Source of the DNA: a virus
Virus record (IMG/VR): IMGVR_UViG_3300027969_000063
Coordinates: 32,001 to 96,000 of that record
Length of the DNA stretch: 64,000 nucleotides
Direction: 5' to 3' (one strand)
Part shown: positions 17,905 to 25,754 of the stretch, in pieces
Numbering within the stretch: position 1 is the first letter of the stretch
How the letters are laid out: each line of letters opens with the position of its first letter
Notes under the pieces: generated by a model
Told to the model about the DNA's origin: nothing
Databases searched by the model: none
What the model saw: the letters and a program-made list of their open reading frames with translations, nothing else
Position numbers and translations under genes: made by a program

Positions 17905-17912
17905 TATTTATA
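17905..17912 (-). promoter_or_regulatory. T4-type late promoter TATAAATA
   Basis: Exact consensus overlapping the transporter stop codon. Confidence 0.7.
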
Positions 17913-18948
17913 CTAGAAAAGTAAATAGTCCAGCGGTTATTAATAATAAACCAGCCCAACTACCTAGTGCTTTATAATATGTTTTGAGTGGTGTACCAAA
18001 ATAACGGTTACCAACCATAACACATTTATGCGTAGGACTTAATAAGTAACCAGCATAATCTACTGCAAAGAACCACATAAAATATTCTTGGCCAAATACT
18101 TGAGCCATCAATACGGCGATTGCAATAAACTTACCGCTACTACCCATCAGGAAACTTACAACAAATCCAACAAGCGAAATCAAGGTCATACCAATTAAAG
18201 AGTGTGGGTCAAAACCCGAACCTTTAATGTATGTAATAAATTCGTTATTGTAGGATTTAAAGAAGTTACCTAGAATGATAACTGCGGCGACTGTACCTAA
18301 TACTTCCCAATTCACATAACTTAATAATTTTGGAATACGCCATTGTTGTGTAATAAAAACATAATACAATGCCAACAAACCAAAAATTATAAAAACATTA
18401 TCTTTACCGCCACCATAAATGTAAGCACCCAAGGCAATAAACATAGGAAAGACATTACGCATTACTGTGCTGAGTTTGAAGGTGTCTGGTTTGATAACCA
18501 CATCTTCTTCTTTTACTTCATGCCAAATATACCAAGAAATAAAAATAAAACTAACAATCAGTAATGGTGCAATCATGCCCATAAATGTTGCATAGGTAAG
18601 ACCAAATGCTGCAATAGGAAGAACAACTGTTTTCTCTAAAGGTGACCACATATAATAGTGGTGTGTCGATAGATAATCAACGATGCCCATCTTCTCACGA
18701 CCTGGACCATTTTTTGGAACTACGGTGTCTAATAAACCTGCTGATACTGTTACTCTGCCTTCAATTGGTAAAATACCGCCAATAGCACTTAGAAGAACAA
18801 CAACAAATTTATTAGAACGGAAGGTGTTCTTAATATAAGAGTACGCTGGGGCAAAAAGAGAATACTCTTTGGCTAGTCCAGCAGCAATCATTATAAAGAA
18901 TACCATCCATAGATAGCCTAGGCCATCTAATAGTTTTAATACATCCAT
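17908..18948 (-). CDS. polytopic membrane transporter (DUF401 / ion-transporter superfamily-like)
   Basis: About 10 hydrophobic helices; GGILPIEGRVTVSAGL, HHYYMWSPLE and LLSPTHKC motifs. Confidence 0.65.
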   Translation of the reverse strand: MDVLKLLDGLGYLWMVFFIMIAAGLAKEYSLFAPAYSYIKNTFRSNKFVVVLLSAIGGILPIEGRVTVSAGLLDTVVPKNGPGREKMGIVDYLSTHHYYMWSPLEKTVVLPIAAFGLTYATFMGMIAPLLIVSFIFISWYIWHEVKEEDVVIKPDTFKLSTVMRNVFPMFIALGAYIYGGGKDNVFIIFGLLALYYVFITQQWRIPKLLSYVNWEVLGTVAAVIILGNFFKSYNNEFITYIKGSGFDPHSLIGMTLISLVGFVVSFLMGSSGKFIAIAVLMAQVFGQEYFMWFFAVDYAGYLLSPTHKCVMVGNRYFGTPLKTYYKALGSWAGLLLITAGLFTFLV

Positions 18949-19009
18949 ATAATACTCCTCAAATCAAATGCACCACAGAATCATGGTATAATCATATTTA
19001 TTACATCAA

Positions 19010-19417
19010 TTAATAGGCGCCTGGTTTTTTACCAATATTGTATTTTGGTACCAGTTCCCAATCATCTTTTTCTTTATGAGATAGTATCTTAATCTGTGAT
19101 AGAAAAATAGGAGGAGGATTCTCTGCCTTATCTCTATTGATAATCTTTACCAGTCCCCAATCTTCCAATAACTTAGCAATTGCATTTCTACGAGATAAAT
19201 CGTTTTCAGAAATGTCACTAGGCTTACCATCCAAAGCAAATAGTTCTTTGAAATGTACGATATAATATCTACCTTGTTTATGTAAGATATGGCAAGATTG
19301 GTATAAAATTCTGTCTTTTTTGGAAGCCACACCGATTCGTGTGAGAGTTTCACGCACTTTGAGGAAATCGTCCTTCTCACCTAATGTAACTTCAACCAAA
19401 TCTAAAATTGAAATCAT
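19010..19417 (-). CDS. regA: translational repressor RegA
   Basis: DFLKVRETLTRIGVAS, LYQSCHILHKQGRYYIVHFKELFALDG. Confidence 0.97.
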   Translation of the reverse strand: MISILDLVEVTLGEKDDFLKVRETLTRIGVASKKDRILYQSCHILHKQGRYYIVHFKELFALDGKPSDISENDLSRRNAIAKLLEDWGLVKIINRDKAENPPPIFLSQIKILSHKEKDDWELVPKYNIGKKPGAY

Positions 19418-19806
19418 TACTTGTTCACTCCGCCTTTTGCTGTTTTTATTTTTATTTCAGCGAGTTGTTCATCATTTAGAATTCGTAAGGCTTCCTTGGC
19501 TCTTTCATTAGAATAGCCAAAATATTGCTTCACACATTCTATATCTTTGTCGACCTCTGATTTCTGCCACGGTTGAAATTTCCGTTTCATTGGTCTTATG
19601 GTATTTAGAAGATATGAATATTGCATATCGGAGTCAAGCCCCGTATGAATATTCATCTCATTCACATATAGAACACAGTCCATATGATACGACAAAGCAC
19701 GATTTACAACAAAAGGTTTGTAATCCTTGTAATCATATTCATCTTGAAAAACAGACTTCTTCTTCTCCAGTATAGACGGAAGAATCTCTTTGAATAAATC
19801 TGGCAT
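19417..19806 (-). CDS. gp62: clamp loader small subunit (gp62)
   Basis: YKPFVVNRALSY, KQYFGYSNERAKEAL; synteny. Confidence 0.92.
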   Translation of the reverse strand: MPDLFKEILPSILEKKKSVFQDEYDYKDYKPFVVNRALSYHMDCVLYVNEMNIHTGLDSDMQYSYLLNTIRPMKRKFQPWQKSEVDKDIECVKQYFGYSNERAKEALRILNDEQLAEIKIKTAKGGVNK

Positions 19807-20738
19807 TATTTGAACTCACAATCCACCATAATTTCTGTCAGACAAGCAACCATATTAATCTCATGATCAGCCACGAAAGCTGCCTGATATTGATACTTAG
19901 CAAGAATCAAAACTAGTTGAGGAACGGATTGAGGTTTCAATACCTCATAAAGAGTATCGTATAGTTTACGATAGATTTTGACCGGATCATTGTCAAGGTT
20001 AGCAGTAACCCATTTACGAGTTGAGCCAAAGTCTTTAGATTTTAAAGCTGTAATGAGGGTATCAAGTTGAATGTCAGCAACATTAGAAAGAATACCAGAA
20101 TCAATTGTGCCAGAAACCGAATATCGTTGCAGTTCATTAAGAACCCTACGATTATCAGGAAAGTGTTTTGTGATAACTGCCGCAACGACATCTTTTGAAT
20201 AGGTGATATTTTCCTTTTCAAGAATCCATTCAACTCTTTTAAAGAATTGAGCAGCCATTTTTTGTTTGGCGCCATTGATTTTAAAATCGACCACAGAACA
20301 ACGAGAGTGGATTGGATCGATGATACGATTCTTATAATTACAAGTGAATATGAACGAACAGTTTGAGGAGAACTCTTCAATCGCTCCACGCAATGCTGGT
20401 TGAGTTGAATTAGGATTAAGATAGTCGGCCTCATCAATGATAACAACCTTCCGGCCACCAGCAAGAGAAACTGATGAAGCATAGTTCTTAATCTTTGTCC
20501 GAAGGACATCAATACCTGATTCGTCTGAACCGTTAATAACAATAAAGTCACACCCAACTTCATTACATAGTGCTTTAGCAATAGTTGTTTTTCCAACACC
20601 TGCTGAACCAGATAATAATAGATTAGGTATTTCTTTTCGGTTAACGTACTCTTGAAAGGTAGATTTAATCGCATCAGGTAAGATACAATCTTCAATAGTT
20701 TTTGGCCGATACTTCTCGACCCATAGTAAATGTTCCAT
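19806..20738 (-). CDS. gp44: clamp loader AAA+ subunit (gp44)
   Basis: LWVEKYRP, GSAGVGKTT, IIDEAD, HSRC. Confidence 0.97.
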   Translation of the reverse strand: MEHLLWVEKYRPKTIEDCILPDAIKSTFQEYVNRKEIPNLLLSGSAGVGKTTIAKALCNEVGCDFIVINGSDESGIDVLRTKIKNYASSVSLAGGRKVVIIDEADYLNPNSTQPALRGAIEEFSSNCSFIFTCNYKNRIIDPIHSRCSVVDFKINGAKQKMAAQFFKRVEWILEKENITYSKDVVAAVITKHFPDNRRVLNELQRYSVSGTIDSGILSNVADIQLDTLITALKSKDFGSTRKWVTANLDNDPVKIYRKLYDTLYEVLKPQSVPQLVLILAKYQYQAAFVADHEINMVACLTEIMVDCEFK

Positions 20739-20764
20739 CACAAACTCCCATAATATAATACATC

Positions 20765-21373
20765 TTATTCAAAAATACAATTAATAATCAAGCGATACTT
20801 CTTGTCCGTTGGTATGTTACCGGAATGTATCTGGTTAGAATCAAATATGATAGCACGACCTTTAACTGCTTCTATCCTTTGTTGTATAGTTAACTCTTCT
20901 TTAATAGGCACTCCATTATACTTCTCATTATATAAAATGGTTTCACCGTCAGAATTGTTTACATAGTACAACAATGTTTTTCTATTTCCAATATAACCTG
21001 TTGAATCATATGAAGATTCATCACCATCATCCGTATGTGGTCTTTGTAGTTTTACTCCGACCTGAGGCATTAATAAATTAGCTTTGATTCTTGATGCAGA
21101 TTTTATCTTACCAAATTGATTCTCATAACAAGCAATCAATGGTGCAATATAGTGCAGGTGTGCTGATTTGATTTTATTGTTTTCAATAAACGTATGTCGG
21201 AATTGAATATGTTCAGCCGTTGGTTGATTTGTAAAAAACAAATCTTCTAACTCCGTACTACTACTCACCGAATGTTTATGGAACGACCAAGCGATATCTT
21301 CACCACCCATTAATTTATAAATTGAATCTATATAAACTTCTGGTAAGAAGTTATCAATAATGATTGGTTCCAT
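20765..21373 (-). CDS. 2OG-Fe(II) oxygenase
   Basis: PHTD...LLYYVNNSDGET...GRAIIFDSNQIHSG...R (HxD...H...R). Confidence 0.8.
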   Translation of the reverse strand: MEPIIIDNFLPEVYIDSIYKLMGGEDIAWSFHKHSVSSSTELEDLFFTNQPTAEHIQFRHTFIENNKIKSAHLHYIAPLIACYENQFGKIKSASRIKANLLMPQVGVKLQRPHTDDGDESSYDSTGYIGNRKTLLYYVNNSDGETILYNEKYNGVPIKEELTIQQRIEAVKGRAIIFDSNQIHSGNIPTDKKYRLIINCIFE

Positions 21374-21573
21374 TAATTGGTGGCCAATGCACCGTTAATA
21401 ACACCAACCACTTCACTATAGTTTTGTGTAACGCCAATCGTTGCACTAGGAATACCAATGACAACAACCTCTTCATTGAGTTCTTCATTTTTATGTGTAA
21501 CAACACACAAAACGTGTTTTGGATTAATTGCAACTGGATTACCAGTCATTTTGTCCGTGAATTGAACTAACAT
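21373..21573 (-). CDS. small hypothetical protein
   Basis: AGGAG RBS; MLVQFTDKMTGNPVAINPKHV. Confidence 0.6.
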   Translation of the reverse strand: MLVQFTDKMTGNPVAINPKHVLCVVTHKNEELNEEVVVIGIPSATIGVTQNYSEVVGVINGALATN

Positions 21574-21574
21574 A

Positions 21575-22246
21575 TTATTCTCCTGTTTTAGTTTCTTTTG
21601 CTTCAAATGCGATCCAATATTGGATATCTTCTTTCGTATTCTTGAAATGACCAATACCCTTGAAAGAGATTTCAACATCATAACTTCCAGGAATCATTTT
21701 GATATTTTCAGTTTTGAATACAATATTATACTTCTTGCCATTACCTTCGCCAACTTGGGTCGAGTTTGTGTGTGCGGAATTATCTAAGGCATCAAATGTA
21801 ACCACTTCGATTGCATCACCATCGGACTTGATACCAATGTGTGGTGAACTCAAAACAGAAGATGATGACATGATTGATTTGTAATCTTCTTCAGAAAGAG
21901 TGAAAGAACAATCAACAGAAGGAAGAGTAATCTCTTTTTCTGGAGGAGTAACAATCATCTCCTTTGCCGTCATACGATAGTTTGTTTTTCTCTTACCACT
22001 CTTAAAAATGATATCGGAATCACTAAAATCAATTTCAGAATCTTTAAACAAAGAATGTACCGATAGGAATTGATTCAAATCGTATACACAAAAATCTTGT
22101 GGAAAAGAATCTTTCAGAACGGCTTGTGCCAAAACAGTTTTACCAGATGATACTGTGGTAAGTTTGGTGCCTTTTTTGAATTGAATACCTTGATTGATAC
22201 TTGAAAAGTTTTTCAATACGGTTAGTGTTTCATTTGATAACTTCAT
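21575..22246 (-). CDS. gp45: sliding clamp (gp45)
   Basis: MKLSNETLTVLKNFSSINQ, YDLNQFL, YWIAFE. Confidence 0.95.
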   Translation of the reverse strand: MKLSNETLTVLKNFSSINQGIQFKKGTKLTTVSSGKTVLAQAVLKDSFPQDFCVYDLNQFLSVHSLFKDSEIDFSDSDIIFKSGKRKTNYRMTAKEMIVTPPEKEITLPSVDCSFTLSEEDYKSIMSSSSVLSSPHIGIKSDGDAIEVVTFDALDNSAHTNSTQVGEGNGKKYNIVFKTENIKMIPGSYDVEISFKGIGHFKNTKEDIQYWIAFEAKETKTGE

Positions 22247-22269
22247 TTATTTCTCCATTATGTAAAATT

Positions 22270-22692
22270 TTACTGCTCTTTCGAATACATTATATCATGT
22301 TCATACAGAAACATCAAGCAGCACATGGCGTGTGCCAAGTGATGTAAACCGGATTCAGGATCAAACTTCTCTCCTTCTTTCCAAGCCCATGTATGCCGTT
22401 GCATTGCATCAAAGTACCTACGCTTTGCTTCTGGTACATGGATCCAATTATCTCTTTCATACTTCTGAGCACCAAAAGTTAAAACTTCTGTAAGGGCTTT
22501 TAGCCCGTGAGGGGGAACTAAACCATATTCTAATTTACCACCATCAAATTTACGGCCAATATTTGTATTAAAAGCATCTTCATAACCTGGATGATAAGGT
22601 GCTTCTTCAACTAGTTTGTTACTTGTAGATTCAAAAAGCTTTGTTCCATAAGTTATTTCTTTACCTTTAACACCATACTTTTTTGTTCCCAT
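22270..22692 (-). CDS. dATP/dGTP diphosphohydrolase-domain protein (DUF5664-like)
   Basis: GRKFDGGK...LTFGAQKYERDNW...DPESGLHHLAHA. Confidence 0.8.
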   Translation of the reverse strand: MGTKKYGVKGKEITYGTKLFESTSNKLVEEAPYHPGYEDAFNTNIGRKFDGGKLEYGLVPPHGLKALTEVLTFGAQKYERDNWIHVPEAKRRYFDAMQRHTWAWKEGEKFDPESGLHHLAHAMCCLMFLYEHDIMYSKEQ

Positions 22693-23510
22693 TACATTTC
22701 TCCAACATAATTAGCAACAGCTGGCATATCTCCTTGGAAATGATATGTACCAATGTGTGCAGTTCTCATCCAAGGACATAAGAAGATTTCTCCACCAATC
22801 TTACGCCACATCTGGCAGAACATATAATCTTCTGATAGGTAACGGTCTGAACCACCACCTGTAATAGAATCTTTGGTGTCAATTACTGTATCAAAATAAG
22901 CATGAATGTAACGAGTACCATCAAAGTGTGCCTGACCTACATGGTCTGGTTTATATTTGATTTCAGGATAAGCTTCTTTCATTTTGGTAAATACTTCACG
23001 CTTAATCATCATGAATCCCGTTCCAATTTCCAAAACATCTAAAGGTTCTGTTACACTAAACTGTGCCGTTCCTTGTACTGGATTGAATACAAAGTCACCA
23101 GCAATTTTTTCTAATGTCTGTGGGTCAATGTCAGGATTCTTTATAACACCTTTTTTAATAGACGACCACTTAATTGCTTTTTTAGGATAAGGACCACCAA
23201 TCACATCTTTGTCTAGTGCCAACATGGCAATAACATCCTGTGGCTGGAAGTGTACGTCAGAATCTATAAACAACATATGAGTACATTCTGAACGATTTAT
23301 AAATTCGTCAACAAGGTAATTCCTTGCTCTTGTAATTAGTGATTCATTAAACAGAAATGAAAATTTTATATTTACGCCATATTGAATACAAGAACTCTGT
23401 AAGTCTAAACAGGCCTTCATGTATAGTCCGTGGTTCATACCACCGTACATGGGTGTGGCCACAAATAAACTTTTCTTTTGTAGTTCTTCTTTTTTGATTG
23501 ATATTTCCAT
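22692..23510 (-). CDS. GT-A-fold glycosyltransferase-like protein
   Basis: FVATPMYGG, ESLITRARN, LFIDSD, GTGFMMI, LSEDYMFC. Confidence 0.7.
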   Translation of the reverse strand: MEISIKKEELQKKSLFVATPMYGGMNHGLYMKACLDLQSSCIQYGVNIKFSFLFNESLITRARNYLVDEFINRSECTHMLFIDSDVHFQPQDVIAMLALDKDVIGGPYPKKAIKWSSIKKGVIKNPDIDPQTLEKIAGDFVFNPVQGTAQFSVTEPLDVLEIGTGFMMIKREVFTKMKEAYPEIKYKPDHVGQAHFDGTRYIHAYFDTVIDTKDSITGGGSDRYLSEDYMFCQMWRKIGGEIFLCPWMRTAHIGTYHFQGDMPAVANYVGEM

Positions 23511-23528
23511 TTGTGCTCCGTGAATAGT

Positions 23529-23561
23529 AAAAAAGGGAGTATCTCCTATGAAGAACTCCCT
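23529..23561 (-). terminator. intrinsic terminator after the HTH gene
   Basis: GGGAGT...ACTCCC stem followed by a T-run. Confidence 0.6.
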
Positions 23562-23569
23562 ATGCTAGA

Positions 23570-23833
23570 TTAGGCTAAAGAATAACCTGATTTGATAGCC
23601 GCCTTAACCAAAGCTTTGGTTGGCTTACCCATGCGATAGAAGGCAACCTTCTGACCATCTACAACTTTTTTATTTGTGTAGATTACATGGCCTTCTTGAC
23701 GCAGTTCATCAATACGGGCTGAAACATTGGTGATGCCGAAACGGCGTTGTGCTTGTTTGACGGTAAAAGTGTTGTAACCTTCGGTTTGTTGTAAGGCATT
23801 CAACATCTTTTGTTTAGCAGATAAATTGCTCAT
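23570..23833 (-). CDS. winged helix-turn-helix DNA-binding protein
   Basis: FTVKQAQRRFGITNVSARIDELRQEGHVIYTN. Confidence 0.75.
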   Translation of the reverse strand: MSNLSAKQKMLNALQQTEGYNTFTVKQAQRRFGITNVSARIDELRQEGHVIYTNKKVVDGQKVAFYRMGKPTKALVKAAIKSGYSLA

Positions 23834-23885
23834 TGTAATACTCCATAGTAAAGTTAAAAAATCCTTGCCTTAAGCAAGTATTCAC

Positions 23886-23915
23886 ATCATATCATTTATG
23901 TATGTGATTTGTCAA
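23886..23915 (-). promoter_or_regulatory. sigma70-type promoter of the HTH gene
   Basis: TTGACA-18 nt-TATGAT. Confidence 0.65.
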
Positions 23916-23919
23916 GCGT

Positions 23920-25179
23920 TTATCGACCAACTTGTGGTAAATATTTCGCTTTGGTATCTTCCCATGACAGGTAAATAAGGTCGTCATAGAAAAGAGTTTC
24001 GTAGGATACCGTATTCTTTTTCTGTAATTGCCGAATACGGCCTTTGGCATACTTTGTTTTCCAAATAGTTGCCAATGCTTGTTCACTGGTATCGAATGAT
24101 TTTACCAATGCCTCATCTGTAATTTCTTTACGGAGAAATTCATTGGTATTATTATAGAGCGGACTAAAATAGATACCACGTTGGTGTTCGGTACGAATCA
24201 ATTCTTTTGGTATACCAAGTTTAGAATAAGCAAAGTTCAATGAACGATTCTTATGATCACGCTTGAGTGGAAGTCCTTGTGTGTTCTTGGCTTCCCACCA
24301 TTCAAAATATTTACGAGTATGGTTTTCTTTAATCCAATCGAATACTAATTTTTTAGTCGATCTACTTGGTTCGAAAGCCACAGAACCAGAAGAAAAACCC
24401 ATAGGAGTCCAATGGTCAAGACCATCATACTGTGAGAGGCCTCCGGTTTTTGTTTTTCCATATAGTGATGTTGTAGTAACGCCGACAAGAGTGTCTCCAT
24501 ATTGCCTCTTCCAATCTGCTTGAACTGTATCAGATAAACACATCAATGCCAATAATTTACCACCCATGTAATTAAAACCAAGTGGTTGTAACGGAACGAT
24601 GGTGGATCCAATCGCTGTATGATTAATCATATGTTGTTGTGTCTTAACATCTCTCGACCATCCGATTGCATTATCTCTCGGAGTCAAGTCCAGGAAGTCT
24701 GAGGAGATACAAATAACACCAAGGTATTTACCTGTTACTTCATCTGTCAAAACATAGAATAAATTACGACCAATGTTGGAATTGTTTTTCATTGTGGATG
24801 AAAATGTACGAATGGCATTCCACTTTTCGGCATCAGGACCATTTGAAAGAACCATAACAGGTTTCAATTTCTCATAATCATCAGGTTGTGTTGGCATCCA
24901 GAAATTTGATTTCATTTTATCAACCAATTTCTTTTGTTCAGGATCAACCATCTGTGTTTCTTGGCCAAACAATGTAGATACTTCTTGAACTGGATATCTC
25001 TCTTTTACTTCACACCACTTTTGATATAAGGTATATTCACGAACATCCATTTGAGAAGCATAAGTTAAGTCCTTGATGAGGACTTCTTTCATGTTACCTT
25101 CATCGATGTGTTCAAAGATAGTGTTCTTTTCAGACCACTCTTTCCATTGTTTTTCTACATACTCAATTGGTGTTGCCAT
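23920..25179 (-). CDS. DruA/DUF4338-like protein (paralog 2)
   Basis: IVPLQPLGFNYMGGKLLA...VTTTSLYG...SQYDG...GFSSG; shares motifs with 6372..7481. Confidence 0.7.
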   Translation of the reverse strand: MATPIEYVEKQWKEWSEKNTIFEHIDEGNMKEVLIKDLTYASQMDVREYTLYQKWCEVKERYPVQEVSTLFGQETQMVDPEQKKLVDKMKSNFWMPTQPDDYEKLKPVMVLSNGPDAEKWNAIRTFSSTMKNNSNIGRNLFYVLTDEVTGKYLGVICISSDFLDLTPRDNAIGWSRDVKTQQHMINHTAIGSTIVPLQPLGFNYMGGKLLALMCLSDTVQADWKRQYGDTLVGVTTTSLYGKTKTGGLSQYDGLDHWTPMGFSSGSVAFEPSRSTKKLVFDWIKENHTRKYFEWWEAKNTQGLPLKRDHKNRSLNFAYSKLGIPKELIRTEHQRGIYFSPLYNNTNEFLRKEITDEALVKSFDTSEQALATIWKTKYAKGRIRQLQKKNTVSYETLFYDDLIYLSWEDTKAKYLPQVGR

Positions 25180-25754
25180 TATCGTATTCTCAAACCATTC
25201 ATAATTTTATTACGCTTCTTGATACCTTGTTGTAATGCCAAAGGTTTTACTTTACTAGTATACACTATTCCATTCATGTGGTCAAGCTCATGTTGGAAAC
25301 AACGAGCAGATATACCAGAGAATGTAGTTTGTTGCCATTCACCTTTAAAGTCTTGGTATGTTACCGCAACTTCTTCTGGTCTTGTAATTCTTAATGCCAG
25401 AAAAGGATAAGAAAGGCAACCTTCCACCATGTGAACTTCCGTTTTAGAATTCAATACAATACTAGGATTGAAAAATGCCACATAATGATCACCTGAACCC
25501 ATCACAAACATTCTATATGGAAATCCACATTGATTGGCTGAAAGTCCTACACCACGATGTAGTTTACAGGTTTCTACCATCGATGATGCAAACTCAACTG
25601 GATCAACCGGTGGATTTTTAAAATCAAATTCCGGCATTACTTCACGGAGAATTGGATGTTGTTCTGATACCAACTCAAAGGTTTTAAATTGTTCAATGGG
25701 AGTATTCGGTTGTATTAACGAATCTTCTGTATTAATTTTAATTACATCACTCAT
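25179..25754 (-). CDS. def: peptide deformylase
   Basis: GVGLSANQ, EGCLS and QHELDH signature motifs. Confidence 0.95.
   Translation of the reverse strand: MSDVIKINTEDSLIQPNTPIEQFKTFELVSEQHPILREVMPEFDFKNPPVDPVEFASSMVETCKLHRGVGLSANQCGFPYRMFVMGSGDHYVAFFNPSIVLNSKTEVHMVEGCLSYPFLALRITRPEEVAVTYQDFKGEWQQTTFSGISARCFQHELDHMNGIVYTSKVKPLALQQGIKKRNKIMNGLRIR

Noticed and set aside
20042-20695. 217-aa same-strand alternative-frame ORF inside gp44
   Set aside because: Leu/Met-rich off-frame composition typical of AT-rich codon bias; no recognisable motifs.
22270-22692. Z-genome (2-aminoadenine) pathway
   Set aside because: Only the hydrolase-like gene is present; no purZ or datZ is visible in this window.
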